Assembly (NCBI GenBank): GCA_963843275.1
Contig: CAWJJM010000011.1
Location: forward strand, 133,756-197,755
Reading direction: 5' to 3'
Origin: an uncultured Acidobacteriota bacterium
GTDB lineage: Bacteria; Acidobacteriota; Thermoanaerobaculia; Multivoradales; JBCCEF01
Length of the DNA: 64,000 nucleotides
Position numbers and translations under genes: made by a program. How positions within the stretch are numbered: the first letter of the stretch is position 1; each line of letters opens with the position of its first letter. A model generated the notes under the pieces. It had not been told where the DNA came from. It was given only the letters and a program-made list of their open reading frames with translations, and made no database searches. Shown one piece after another: positions 12,064 through 21,982 of this stretch.

Positions 12064-15000
12064 ATGAAGGCTCCCCTGGCGAGCAGGCTCCTCGCCGTCG
12101 CGCTGCTCGGCGCGGCGCTGGCGACCATCCCCACCCCCCCGGCGCACGCCGACAGCCGGCTGCTCGAGATGCCGGACGTCGGGGCGCACCACATCGTCTT
12201 CGTCTACGCCGGCGACATCTGGGTGGCCGACCGGGACGGCGGACATCCGCGGCGGCTGACCGTCCACCCGGCGCGGGAGACGGAGCCGCGGCTGTCGCCG
12301 GACGGACGCTGGGTGGCCTTCACCGGGGAGTACGACGGCAACCCGGACGTCTACGTGGTCTCCGTCGACGGCGGCCAGCCGGTGCGCCTGACCTGGCACC
12401 CGGGCCCCGACCGGGCGATCGGCTGGAGCCCGGACGGCTCGCAGGTGCTCTTCGACTCGCCGCGCGACCTGACCTACCAGCGCGGCGGAGCGCTGTTCCT
12501 GGTCTCGACCCGGGGCGGCTTCCCCGAGCGGCTGCCCATGCCCTACGCCTGGGACGGGGCGTTCTCCGGCGACGGCGCGCGCATCGCCTACCAGCCGTTC
12601 CCCTCCGGCTACGGCGGCATCTCGGGGTGGCGGCACTACCGCGGCGGCACCACGCCGCCGATCTGGCTCTTCGACCGGGCGAGCCACGAGATCGAGCGCG
12701 TGCCGCACGACGGGGCCAACGACTCGCATCCGATGTGGGTCGGCGACCGCGTCTACTTCGTCTCCGACCGCGCCGGCACCTCCAACGTCTTCGTCTACGA
12801 GGACGGGGCGGTGCGGCAGGTGACCCGTCTCGAGGACTGGGACGTGCGCTGGGCGAACGCCACCGGCGACGCCCTGGTCTTCGCGGCCGGCGGCCGGCTG
12901 CACGTCGTCGACCTCGCGACCGAGCGGGTCGAGACCCTGGCGATCGACCTCCAGGCCGACCTTCCCGCGACCCGGCCGCACTGGGCGCCGGTGGCGGAGA
13001 CGATCACCGACGACGGCATCTCCCCGAGCGGCGCGCGGGCGCTGTTCGCGGCGCGCGGCGAGATCCTGACCGTGCCCGCCGAGAAGGGCGACGTCCGCAA
13101 CCTGACGCGCACCCCGGGCAGCCACGAGCGCACGCCGCTGTGGTCGCCGGACGGCACCGAGGTGGCGTGGGTCTCCGACGCCTCCGGCGAGTACGAGCTG
13201 GTGATCGGCCCGCACGACGGGATCGGCGCCACGCGGACGATCCGGCTCGGGCCGCCCGACTACTACTCGCTGCGCGCCTGGTCGCCGGACGGCGGGCGCA
13301 TCGTCTACACCCACAGCGGGTTGAAGCTGTTCTCGATCTCGACCTCGGGCGCCTCCGGCCCCGAGGTGATCGACGAGAGCTCGACGCGGCTCTTCGCCGG
13401 CGGCTTCGACGTCGCCTTCTCCCCCGACGGACGCTGGCTCGCCTACACCAAGATCCTGCCGAACCGCTTCCGCGTGCTGATGCTCCACGACTTCGCCGGC
13501 GGCGGGAACCACCAGGTGACGTCGGGCCTCGGCGAGGTCGCCTCGCCGGTGTTCTCCCGCGACGGCAAGGTCCTCTACTTCACGGCGAGCACCAACATCG
13601 GGCCGGCCAAGGTGGGGCTCGACATGACCACCCAGGAGCGCCCGGTGCGCCGCGGCATCTACGCCGCGGTGCTGGCCGCCGGCGGCGAGACCCCGCTGCC
13701 GCTCGAGAGCGACGACGAGCCGGCGGTGGCGGAGAACGAGCTCGACGCGGGCGGCGGCGGCGCGGGCGCGGCGCAGGGGAAGGAGGCGAAGGGGAAGAAG
13801 ACGAAGGAGAAGGAGGAAGGCGACGCCGGCGACGAGCCCGGAGCGGAGGAGAAGGCGCCGGCGCCCACCCGCATCGACCTCGACGGCCTCGCCGGGCGCA
13901 TCGTCGCCCTGCCGGTCCCCGAGCGCGACTACGACACGCTGGCGGTCGCGGCCGGCGGCGACCTGTTCTACGTCGAGCGGCGCCCGCCCGGCGTCAGCGA
14001 AGAGCCCCCGGGCGGCGAGGGGCAGGCGGTGCACACGCTGCTGCGCTTCGACCTGGAGAAGCGGCACCAGGAGACCTTCCTCGACGGGGTGGCCGGCTTC
14101 GCGATGAGCCGCGACGGCAAGAAGTTGCTGGTCTCGCTGCCCCACCACGCCTGGTCGATCCTCGACGCCGGCGAGAAGGCCGAGGGCGCCGGCAAGCCGC
14201 TGCCGCTCGCCGCGGTCCGGGTGCGGGTGGTGCCGCGCGAGGAGTGGCCGGAGGTCTTCGAGGAGGCGTGGCGCCTGTACCGCGACTTCTTCTGGGACCC
14301 GAACATGCACGGCGCGGACTGGCAGGCGGTCCACGACAAGTTCCGCCCGCTGGTGGACGAGGCCGGCTCGCGCGAGGACGTCGACGACCTGCTGGTCCAG
14401 ATGGTTGCCGAGGTGGTGTCGAGCCACGCCCGGGCGGCCGGCGGCGACACCGTCGAGGCCGAGGGCGCGCCGGTGGGCCTGCTCGGCGCCGACTTCGCGG
14501 TCGAGGACGGCCATTACCGGATCCGGCGCATCTACACCGGCGAGAGCTGGAACCCGTTCCTGCGGGCGCCGCTGGCGGTGCCCGGGCGCGACGTCCACGA
14601 GGGCGACTGGCTGGTCGCCGTGAACGGCCGGCCGCTGCAGGGCTCCGACAACGTCTACGCCTTCTTCGAGGGCACGGTCGGCAAGCAGACGGTGCTGGGG
14701 ATCAACGACCGGCCGGCCCTGGAGGGGGCGCGGCGGGTGACGGTGGAGCCGATCGCCGACGAGCGCATGCTGCGGCGCTGGAGCTGGATCGAGGACAACC
14801 GGCGCAAGGTCGACGCGGCGACCGGCGGGCGGGTCGGCTACGTCTACCTGCCGAACACGGCCGGCCAGGGCTTCGAGTACTTCAACCGCTTCTACTTCTC
14901 CCAGGTCGACAAGGACGCCGTCATCCTCGACGAGCGCGGCAACGGCGGCGGCCAGGCGGCGAACTACATCCTCGAGGTGGTCACCCGCCCCTACCTGTCC

Positions 15001-15438
15001 TCGTGGAAGAACCGGTACGGCGACCTGTTCACCACGCCGGCCGGCGCCATCTTCGGGCCCAAGGCGATGCTGATCGACCAGTTCGCCGGCTCCGGCGGCG
15101 ACTACATGCCCTACATGTTCCGCTACCTGGGGGCCGGGCCGCTGATCGGCACCCGCACCTGGGGCGGCCTGATCGGCGGCGGCCCGGTCGCCCCGCTGAT
15201 CGACGGCGGCTTCCTCAACATCCCCGTCTTCCGGTTCCTCGATCCCCACGGCGGCTGGTCGGTCGAGAACGAGGGCGTCGCCCCCGACATCGAGGTCGAG
15301 CAGACGCCGAAGGAGGTCATCGCCGGCCATGACCCGCAGCTCGAGCGCACCATCGCCGAGATCGAGAAGGCGCTCGAGGGCTACACGCCCCCGAACCCCG
15401 CGGAGGCGCCGCCCATCCCGACGCCGGCGAAACCCTAA
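12064..15438 (+). CDS. Tricorn protease homologue (beta-propellers, PDZ, S41-type C-terminal peptidase domain)
   Basis: Track ORF 11212..15438 trimmed to the ATG at 12064 (signal peptide MKAPLASRLLAVALLGAALA...). ...HHIVFVYAGDIWVADRDGG...RLSPDGRWVAFTGEYDGNPDVYVV... Tol/tricorn propeller repeats; C-terminal ...DERGNGGGQAANYIL... The upstream part of the track ORF overlaps the TA genes out of frame. Confidence 0.88.
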   Translation: MKAPLASRLLAVALLGAALATIPTPPAHADSRLLEMPDVGAHHIVFVYAGDIWVADRDGGHPRRLTVHPARETEPRLSPDGRWVAFTGEYDGNPDVYVVSVDGGQPVRLTWHPGPDRAIGWSPDGSQVLFDSPRDLTYQRGGALFLVSTRGGFPERLPMPYAWDGAFSGDGARIAYQPFPSGYGGISGWRHYRGGTTPPIWLFDRASHEIERVPHDGANDSHPMWVGDRVYFVSDRAGTSNVFVYEDGAVRQVTRLEDWDVRWANATGDALVFAAGGRLHVVDLATERVETLAIDLQADLPATRPHWAPVAETITDDGISPSGARALFAARGEILTVPAEKGDVRNLTRTPGSHERTPLWSPDGTEVAWVSDASGEYELVIGPHDGIGATRTIRLGPPDYYSLRAWSPDGGRIVYTHSGLKLFSISTSGASGPEVIDESSTRLFAGGFDVAFSPDGRWLAYTKILPNRFRVLMLHDFAGGGNHQVTSGLGEVASPVFSRDGKVLYFTASTNIGPAKVGLDMTTQERPVRRGIYAAVLAAGGETPLPLESDDEPAVAENELDAGGGGAGAAQGKEAKGKKTKEKEEGDAGDEPGAEEKAPAPTRIDLDGLAGRIVALPVPERDYDTLAVAAGGDLFYVERRPPGVSEEPPGGEGQAVHTLLRFDLEKRHQETFLDGVAGFAMSRDGKKLLVSLPHHAWSILDAGEKAEGAGKPLPLAAVRVRVVPREEWPEVFEEAWRLYRDFFWDPNMHGADWQAVHDKFRPLVDEAGSREDVDDLLVQMVAEVVSSHARAAGGDTVEAEGAPVGLLGADFAVEDGHYRIRRIYTGESWNPFLRAPLAVPGRDVHEGDWLVAVNGRPLQGSDNVYAFFEGTVGKQTVLGINDRPALEGARRVTVEPIADERMLRRWSWIEDNRRKVDAATGGRVGYVYLPNTAGQGFEYFNRFYFSQVDKDAVILDERGNGGGQAANYILEVVTRPYLSSWKNRYGDLFTTPAGAIFGPKAMLIDQFAGSGGDYMPYMFRYLGAGPLIGTRTWGGLIGGGPVAPLIDGGFLNIPVFRFLDPHGGWSVENEGVAPDIEVEQTPKEVIAGHDPQLERTIAEIEKALEGYTPPNPAEAPPIPTPAKP

Positions 15439-15478
15439 GCGAGAGGGCGGAGGCGGGCGCGTCCGCGGCGCCGTCGGC

Positions 15479-18400
15479 TCAGGTCGGGGGCACCGGCACC
15501 TCGCCGGTGGAGACCAGCTCGAGCTTCCAGCCCTCGGCCGCGGTGCCTGCCAGGTCGACGTGCCCGGCGAGGAACTGCAGGCGCCCGGTGTCGGGGCCGC
15601 GGGCGGTGCAGAAGCGGTCCTGGAGGAAGAACGGCGGGGTGGCCTGGTAGAAGAGGGTGGCGCGGACCGCGGCGGGCGGCGCCGGGAGCTCGGCGAGGTC
15701 GACCGCGTAGACCAGCGAGTCGCCGCCCCCGGTGACGTAGTCGGGGTCGTCGCCGACCCCGAAGGCCCCCGCCTCCGCCGCCAGGTCGGGACCGGCGCCC
15801 AGCGCGGCGGCGATGGCGGCGCGGTCGGCCTCCGGCAGGGTCCCGTGCGGCAGGATGCGGTTGTCCTTGGCCTTGGTGCAGATCGACAGGAAGCTGGTGG
15901 TCAGCGGCGGCCGCGCCGGGACGTCGACGCCGCACTCGGGGTGGCGGCCCGGCGGCGGAGCGGTGACCAGCTCCTGGTAGACCTGCGCCTGGTCCTGGCG
16001 CTCGATCACCTGGTGGTGGGGCTGGAACACCAGCTCGTCCGGGTGCAGCCGGGCCGAGCAGTCCGGCATCCACCACAGCTCGCCGGGGAGCGGCCGGCCG
16101 GCCGCGTCCACCAGCACGCCGGCGCCGTCGCTGCGCCCCGAGGCCCACACCACGGCGCCGCGGCCGTCGAGCACCTCGAGGCGCAGGAAGGCGCGCCGGA
16201 AGCCGACCCCCGACGGGAACTTGTGCCCCACCCGGCTGGTGACCGTCACCGGCACGCGCAGCCGGCCGCCGGCGCGGCGGATCTCACCCACCTCCACCTC
16301 CGCGGTGGTCGCCGCGGCCTGGTCGAGCATCGCCCGCTCGGTCCACAGCAGCGGGTCGAGGCCGAGCGACACCAGCATCGGGTCCTGGGTGCGGATGCCG
16401 AGCACGTCGGGGAACTGCTGCGCCATCTTGACGAAGAAGAGGTTCAGGCCCACCAGCGTGTGGCGGGCGTAGGCGTCACGCACCTCGAGGTCGATGTCCG
16501 CCGCCGGCAGGGCGTGCTCGGCCTGGGGGAAGCTCGAGTGCTCCTGGATGCCGGCGATCTTCGAGCGGTAGGGCGTGCCGGCGGCGTCGGCGCTCGGCAT
16601 GTGGCAGCCCTGGCACGACTGCGCGCGCTCGCCCGCCCCGAACGGCAGCGGCCCCTGCGGCGTGGTCCCGACGCGGTAGGAGCTGAAGGCCCACTCCGGG
16701 TAGGTGGTCTGCTCGTAGACCTCGCCGAGGCGCTCGCCGGCGCGGGTGAAGACCGGCAGGTGCACGGTGTGGCAGCTCCCGCACAGCTCGGAGCTGCGCA
16801 CCGCGGCGCTCTCCACCGCGGTGATCCCGAGAGCGTTCTCCATCGGCTTGACCTTCGGCGCGGCGAACGGCCCGTAGAGCTCCTCCGGCGGACCCACCAG
16901 GAAACTGCCGGTAAAGGTGCGGGCGAAGCCGCGGGCCCCCGGGTTGAGGAACTCCTGCCGCTCGCGGACGCAGCGGTTCTCCGGCCGGTCGAGGGCCGGG
17001 CCGTCGCCCTCGCCGACCAGCATGTGGTGACAGGCGGTGCACGAGATGCCGTCGCGGGCGAGCGCCCCGTAGGCGGCCAGCCGGGCCCCGGGGTCGTCGT
17101 CCGGCCAGGGCACCGCGTCGGCGACCTCCCGCAGGAAGGGCGTGCAGTCGTCGCCCGCGCCCGCCCCGCCGCCCCGCCGGTGCGCCGCCAGCGGCCGCAC
17201 GCCGTCGACGTGGAACTGGCGCTGCCCCGTCACCCCGTGGCAGCCCAGGCAGGTGTCCTGGACGACGGGCGAGATCGTCGGGTGGAAGGTCTGGGTCTCG
17301 CTGGCGAGCTGGGCGTAGAAGATCGGATCGCGTCCGCCCAGGCCCATCGGCGAGGTGCGCCAGGTGGCGTAGGGGGACAGGTTGAGCAGCAGATCCCCGC
17401 TCTGCGGGTCGGGCGCGGTCATGTCGAACTGCAGGCCCGTCCCGCCGGCGTCGTGGCAACCGATGCACTGGTCGGAGGTGACGAACTGGCTGGCGGCGGT
17501 GAGCGCGCCGGCGTGCGCCCAGACGTTGTCGTAGGTCTCCGACGGCAGCGCTTCGACGGTCTCCCGGCCGGGGGCCGGCTGGCGGCCGGACGCCAGGGCG
17601 GCCACCGCCGGGTCCGCCACCACCCGGGGGCTGCCCAGCCGCTCGGCGTCGTCGCCGGGCAGCGAGACCAGGCGATGGTGGCTGGGGATCGCCTTCGGGG
17701 TGAAGAAGTGCTGGCTGAGGAAGACCAGCGGCCGCCCCGGCTCGCCCTCGACGTTGACCAGGCTGGCGAAGGTGAAGTCGGCCTCCGCGGAGGCGTGGCA
17801 GTTGGTGCAGTACTGTCCGAAGCCCATGTACGGGTAGCGGTTGGGCGGACCGGCGGGCCAGTCCGGGTCCCAGCCGCTCCAGCCGAACCAGCCCCAGAAC
17901 CAGCCGTCCTGCGAGGCCTGGCGGTCGCGCACCATCACCGCGGCGCCGCTGGTCGGCAGCAGGTGGGTGGGGTCGACGCCGGCGCAGGCGGCCGCCGGCG
18001 CCGGGTACATCTCCTTGACCATCACGGCCCCGTCGGGGATCGGCTCCGGCGCCGCCGGCGGCGGGGCATCGACCGGCCGGTTGGCGTGCAGCCAGTCGAT
18101 CATCTCCGGCGAGTACCAGATCACCACCGGCGCGTGGGTGCCGTGGTACCGGCCCACCCAGGCGCCGTCCTCGAGCGTGGCGGTGAACGGCCCGGTGTCG
18201 CGGACCCCCTTGTCCCGCTTCCAGCCGTGGGCGGCGTCGCGGTGGCAGAAGTCGCGCAGAAACTCCCCGAGGAGCTCCTCGTAGCGGTCGAGCGGCAGCG
18301 CGGCGGGGTGCCGGATCCCCTCCGCCAGCGCCGCGCAGCGGGCGGGATCGCGCGGCAGCAGGGGCTCGGGCCGCGCGGCGGAGCACTCGAGCTCGCCGCG

Positions 18401-18481
18401 GGCCGGCACGGCCCCCAGGGCGAGCGCGACCGCGGCGGCGACGGCGGCGCGGCGGGCGCGCCCGGCGTGGATCGAGGACAT
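15479..18481 (-). CDS. Secreted multihaem c-type cytochrome (six CXXCH motifs, 1000 aa)
   Basis: Track ORF trimmed to the ATG at 18481 (SD GGAGGGA; signal peptide MSSIHAGRARRAAVAAAVALALGAVPARG). CXXCH motifs: CTNCH, CIGCH, CLGCH, CTACH, CGSCH, CQGCH. About 250-aa Trp-rich N-terminal region (DGWFWGWFGWSGWDPDW) before the first haem site; about 350-aa haem-free C-terminal region (...GHKFPSGVGFRRAF...). Confidence 0.85.
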   Translation of the reverse strand: MSSIHAGRARRAAVAAAVALALGAVPARGELECSAARPEPLLPRDPARCAALAEGIRHPAALPLDRYEELLGEFLRDFCHRDAAHGWKRDKGVRDTGPFTATLEDGAWVGRYHGTHAPVVIWYSPEMIDWLHANRPVDAPPPAAPEPIPDGAVMVKEMYPAPAAACAGVDPTHLLPTSGAAVMVRDRQASQDGWFWGWFGWSGWDPDWPAGPPNRYPYMGFGQYCTNCHASAEADFTFASLVNVEGEPGRPLVFLSQHFFTPKAIPSHHRLVSLPGDDAERLGSPRVVADPAVAALASGRQPAPGRETVEALPSETYDNVWAHAGALTAASQFVTSDQCIGCHDAGGTGLQFDMTAPDPQSGDLLLNLSPYATWRTSPMGLGGRDPIFYAQLASETQTFHPTISPVVQDTCLGCHGVTGQRQFHVDGVRPLAAHRRGGGAGAGDDCTPFLREVADAVPWPDDDPGARLAAYGALARDGISCTACHHMLVGEGDGPALDRPENRCVRERQEFLNPGARGFARTFTGSFLVGPPEELYGPFAAPKVKPMENALGITAVESAAVRSSELCGSCHTVHLPVFTRAGERLGEVYEQTTYPEWAFSSYRVGTTPQGPLPFGAGERAQSCQGCHMPSADAAGTPYRSKIAGIQEHSSFPQAEHALPAADIDLEVRDAYARHTLVGLNLFFVKMAQQFPDVLGIRTQDPMLVSLGLDPLLWTERAMLDQAAATTAEVEVGEIRRAGGRLRVPVTVTSRVGHKFPSGVGFRRAFLRLEVLDGRGAVVWASGRSDGAGVLVDAAGRPLPGELWWMPDCSARLHPDELVFQPHHQVIERQDQAQVYQELVTAPPPGRHPECGVDVPARPPLTTSFLSICTKAKDNRILPHGTLPEADRAAIAAALGAGPDLAAEAGAFGVGDDPDYVTGGGDSLVYAVDLAELPAPPAAVRATLFYQATPPFFLQDRFCTARGPDTGRLQFLAGHVDLAGTAAEGWKLELVSTGEVPVPPT

Positions 18482-18567
18482 GGTCCCTCCGCTCCGCGCC
18501 CGCACCGCCGGCCGCGCGACCTCTCTCGAGGACGCCCCCCCGTCGCGCCGCCGCCGGTACCGAGCGC

Positions 18568-18583
18568 GCGTAATTGCGTAATT
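18568..18583. repeat. Tandem 8-mer GCGTAATT x2 inside an AT-rich loop flanked by a GCGCGCG/CGCGCGC inverted repeat (18564..18594)
   Basis: gcgcgcgTAATTGCGTAATTcaatcgcgcgc. It is the most AT-rich spot of the S9-cytochrome intergenic region, about 85 nt upstream of the cytochrome start. Confidence 0.6.
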
Positions 18584-18694
18584 CAATCGCGCGCCATCAG
18601 ACCAGAACCCGCCCCACCGGTCAACCCGCGCCGCCGTCCCGGGCTCCGCCGGCGCCGCGCCCCCCGACCGGAGAGAGGTACCCGCCACCTCGTT

Positions 18695-19786
18695 CTAGGG
18701 GGCGGCGAGGCCGGTCCAGGACACGCCCAGCTCCACGTCCGGCTTCGGGGGGTGGAGGTAGCGGGCCAGGTAGCGGTAGATGTCGCGGCGCACCTTCCAC
18801 GCTTCCGGGGTGTCGAGGCGGTCGAAGCTGTGGCCGCCGGGCAGGTCGTAGATCTGGACCTCGAAGTCCTTCCCCGCCGCCTTCAGCGCCTGCACCAGGT
18901 GCTCGACCTCGATCACGTTGACGTCCTCGTCCGACCGGTTGCCGTGGATGCGCACCGGGCGCGTCAGCTTGTCGACGTTCCACACCGGGCTGCGCCGCTT
19001 GTACTCGGGGAGGTTCTCGTTGGCGCTCTGGCCGAGGAAGTAGTCGGCGGCGTAGAGGTCGCGGTAGCCCTGGTCGGAGTAGCCCATGCGCAGGACGAGG
19101 TCGGACACCGGCACGCCGGCGAAGCCGACGACGTAGCGGTCGGGGTGGTCGAACAGGCTCATCAGGGTGATCAGCCCGCCGTGGCTCCAGCCGATCAGGC
19201 CCACCCGGTCGGGATCGACCCGCGGGTGGTTGGCCACCGCCCAGTCGCGGGCGGCGAGGACGTCGCCGACCTCGCGGCCGCCGTAGTCGATGTCCTCGTA
19301 CGTGCCGCGGCCGTAGCCGGTCGAGCCACGGTACTCCGGCGCCACCACGATGTAGCCCTGCGCCATCAGCTCGCGCACCACGTGCGTGTAGTAGGTGTCG
19401 AAGTCGCCGTGCACGCCGCCGTGGGGGAAGACCAGCAGCGGCAGCTTCTGGCGCCCGAAGTCGGCCCTCGGGGTGAACAGGTAGGCGTAGAACTTCACCG
19501 GGTTGCCGGCACCGATGCCGGTCGGGTTGGCCTCCCGCCACTTCGGCGGCCCGTAGATCCGCACCTTCTCGACGACGGCCACGTCCCCCACCCGCTCGAA
19601 CCACAGGTCGTCGTCGATCTTCTTGGCGAGCTCGTCGAGCCGGTGGCGCAGCGCGACGCCGAGCTCGCCGAGCTGCTCGGCGCCGGCGGGCGGCGCGGCC
19701 GGCTGCTGCGCCGCCGCGGCCGTCGCCGCCAGCGTCAGGGCGGCGCACAGCGCCGCCGCGGTTCCCCTTGGTGAAAGCAGTCGCAT
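18695..19786 (-). CDS. S9-family serine peptidase / alpha-beta hydrolase (prolyl oligopeptidase-type catalytic domain)
   Basis: Signal peptide. Nucleophile elbow GLIGWSHGG, Asp in ...NRSDEDVNV..., His in ...LPGGHSFD. Confidence 0.85.
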   Translation of the reverse strand: MRLLSPRGTAAALCAALTLAATAAAAQQPAAPPAGAEQLGELGVALRHRLDELAKKIDDDLWFERVGDVAVVEKVRIYGPPKWREANPTGIGAGNPVKFYAYLFTPRADFGRQKLPLLVFPHGGVHGDFDTYYTHVVRELMAQGYIVVAPEYRGSTGYGRGTYEDIDYGGREVGDVLAARDWAVANHPRVDPDRVGLIGWSHGGLITLMSLFDHPDRYVVGFAGVPVSDLVLRMGYSDQGYRDLYAADYFLGQSANENLPEYKRRSPVWNVDKLTRPVRIHGNRSDEDVNVIEVEHLVQALKAAGKDFEVQIYDLPGGHSFDRLDTPEAWKVRRDIYRYLARYLHPPKPDVELGVSWTGLAAP

Positions 19787-19897
19787 CGGATCCGTCCCCC
19801 ACGCTCTGGAGTCGATCGGAGTGGCCTCGGGCGAGGCCGTCGGACCCGTCGACTGTATCGGAACGTCGCCGGCCCGCCCCGGGTGGGAGCCGCGGAC

Positions 19898-19934
19898 GGA
19901 AAACGCCCCGGACCGGCGGGACCGGCCCGGGGCG
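19898..19934 (-). terminator. Candidate intrinsic terminator of the BON-domain gene
   Basis: On the minus-strand RNA, an 8+4 bp GC-rich hairpin (19904..19934, one A/C mismatch, 5-nt loop) is followed by UUUUCC. It starts 26 nt after the stop codon. Confidence 0.45.
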
Positions 19935-19960
19935 GGTGGTTCCGGGCGACGCTCGCCCGC

Positions 19961-20413
19961 TCAGTGCACGGCGGGCTGCGCGCCGCCGGTCTCGAGCCGG
20001 TTCTCGACCCCGGCGACGCCGCGCACCGCGGCGACCCGCGCGATCAGTCGTGACACCTCGTCGGGCTGCACCGGGCCGGTGAGGGTGACGTGGCCGCCGG
20101 CCGCGGTGACCCGCACCGCCGACGGCTCTTCGATCACGTGCCCCATCTCGGAGCGGACGCGGTCGACGAGGACGCCGTCCGGGATGCGCTCGCCCTCCAT
20201 GCGGCGGCGCGCCTCCAGCGCCCGGCCGCGGGCGCGGTTGGCCACGTCGCGGCCGACGGCGCGCAGGGCACGGCCGCCGCGACGCCCGTAGTGGGCCAGC
20301 TTGTCGCGGCTCAGGGCGCGGCGGCGCCGGCCCTGCTGCGGATCGAGCAGGTAGGTGAGGCCGGCCCCGAGGGCGGCGCCGGCGGTGAGGAGCAGTGCTG
20401 TGGACTTGCGCAT
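19961..20413 (-). CDS. BON-domain protein with N-terminal membrane anchor
   Basis: Trimmed to the ATG at 20413 (AGGAGG 12 nt upstream); the track start at 20437 is a GTG inside that SD. TM helix STALLLTAGAALGAGLTYLL. C-terminal ...VLVDRVRSEMGHVI...VRVTAAGGHVTLTGPV...IARVAAVRGVAGVENRLE matches the BON pattern. Confidence 0.75.
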   Translation of the reverse strand: MRKSTALLLTAGAALGAGLTYLLDPQQGRRRRALSRDKLAHYGRRGGRALRAVGRDVANRARGRALEARRRMEGERIPDGVLVDRVRSEMGHVIEEPSAVRVTAAGGHVTLTGPVQPDEVSRLIARVAAVRGVAGVENRLETGGAQPAVH

Positions 20414-20613
20414 CTCGAGAGGTTGCCTCCTTTCCACGGCGCCCGGGAGCGCCGGATGGTTCGTCGAAAACGTGAGCGCGACAACTCGCGATGCCCCGAG
20501 GAGAAAAGGGAAGCTCCGGGACGGCCAGTTGCCGCGCTCCCACCCCGTTGTTTCTGCAAGAGGTGTTCCGCGACCCGCCTCGCGGCGCGCGGCGACCGCC
20601 GCGGGCCTTCGGC

Positions 20614-20619
20614 TACCAT
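20614..20619 (+). promoter_or_regulatory. Candidate -10 element TACCAT, 6 nt upstream of the ilvA ATG (leaderless geometry)
   Basis: ggcTACCATtgccgcATG. No SD present. Confidence 0.3.
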
Positions 20620-20625
20620 TGCCGC

Positions 20626-21873
20626 ATGGTCGGCCTGGACGACATCCGCGCCGCCCGCCGGCGCCTCGCCGGCGCCGTGGGCGACACCCCGTGCCGCCCC
20701 GCCCACCGGCCCGACCGGCTCGGTGGCGGCGAGATCCACCTGAAGTTCGAGAACCTCCACCCCACCGGGTCCTTCAAGGAGCGCGGCGCGCTCAACAAGC
20801 TGCTCTCGCTCGGTGATGACGAGCGCGCCCGCGGGGTGATCACCGCCAGCGCCGGCAACCACGCCCAGGCACTCGCCTACCACGCCCACCGCCTGGGGAT
20901 CGCCACCACCGTGGTGATGCCCGAGGCGACGCCGCTGGTGAAGGTCTCCAACACCCGCCGCCACGGCGCCGAGGTCGTGCTCCACGGCGCGACCTTCGAC
21001 GACGCGGTCGACGAGGCCGTGCGGCGTCGCGACGCCTCCGGCAAGGTGCTCGTCCACGCCTTCGACGACCCGGTGGTGATCGCCGGCCAGGGCACCCTCG
21101 GTCTCGAGCTCGCCGAGCAGGTGCCGGACATCGCGACCGTGGTGGTGCCGGTCGGCGGCGGCGGGCTGATCTCGGGCACCGCGGTGGCGCTGAAGTCGCT
21201 CCGCCCGACGGTCAAGGTGATCGGCGTCGAGGCGGCCGCGGCGCCGTCGGCCCGCGCCTCGCGCGACGCCGGCCAGGTGGTGCGGATCGAGAGCTCCGAG
21301 ACGCTCGCCGACGGCATCGCCATCAAGCGCATCGGCGACCTCACCTTCCCGCTGCTCGAGCGCTGGGTCGACGACCTGGTGACGGTCGACGACGAGGAGA
21401 TCGCGGCCGCCATCCTGCTCCTGCTCGAGCGCGAGAAGACCCTCGTCGAGGGCGCCGGGGCGGCCGGCGTCGCCGCCCTGATGGCGGGCCGCGTCGAGCG
21501 CGCCGAGGGGCCGCTGGTGCTGGTGCTCGCCGGCGGCAACATCGACGTCAACATCCTCTCGCGCATCATCGACCGCGGCCTGGTCGAGGACGGGCGGCTG
21601 GCGCGGCTCGTCGTGACGGTGCGCGACCGGCCGGGGATGCTGGCCCGCATCACCGCCGCGGTCGCCCGCCACGGCGCCAACGTCCTCGACAGCTCGCACA
21701 GCCGCGCCTTCGCCGACATCTCGGTGGGCGAGGTGGCGATCGTGCTGACGCTCGAGACCCGCGGCCGGCCGCACGTCGAGGAGATCGTCGCCGCGCTGGA
21801 GGCCGACGGCCACCGCGTGGAGGAGGAGGTCGGCCCCGCGCCGCGCGGCGCCGGCGCCACCGCCCCGGGCTGA
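20626..21873 (+). CDS. ilvA: Threonine ammonia-lyase (threonine dehydratase) with C-terminal ACT-like domain
   Basis: Track ORF 20491..21873 trimmed to the ATG at 20626. ...[20 protein letters not shown]... (PLP lysine motif), ...[16 protein letters not shown]..., ...GGGGLISG...; C-terminal ...[29 protein letters not shown]... Confidence 0.9.
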   Translation: MVGLDDIRAARRRLAGAVGDTPCRPAHRPDRLGGGEIHLKFENLHPTGSFKERGALNKLLSLGDDERARGVITASAGNHAQALAYHAHRLGIATTVVMPEATPLVKVSNTRRHGAEVVLHGATFDDAVDEAVRRRDASGKVLVHAFDDPVVIAGQGTLGLELAEQVPDIATVVVPVGGGGLISGTAVALKSLRPTVKVIGVEAAAAPSARASRDAGQVVRIESSETLADGIAIKRIGDLTFPLLERWVDDLVTVDDEEIAAAILLLLEREKTLVEGAGAAGVAALMAGRVERAEGPLVLVLAGGNIDVNILSRIIDRGLVEDGRLARLVVTVRDRPGMLARITAAVARHGANVLDSSHSRAFADISVGEVAIVLTLETRGRPHVEEIVAALEADGHRVEEEVGPAPRGAGATAPG

Positions 21874-21982
21874 GCCGCCCGGCGGGCGTGCTAGCCTCGA
21901 CCCGTCACGCGCTCCGCGCCGCCGCCCCGCCGGCGCCCGCGGAGCGCCCGACCCCGACCCGGCAGCGAAAGGACCCTGGACG

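Noticed and set aside
18564-18594. FNR/CRP-type site (TTGAT-N4-ATCAA) in the AT-rich element upstream of the cytochrome gene.
   Set aside because: The minus strand reads TTGAATTACGCAAT. The half-site spacing and the second half-site do not fit the consensus.
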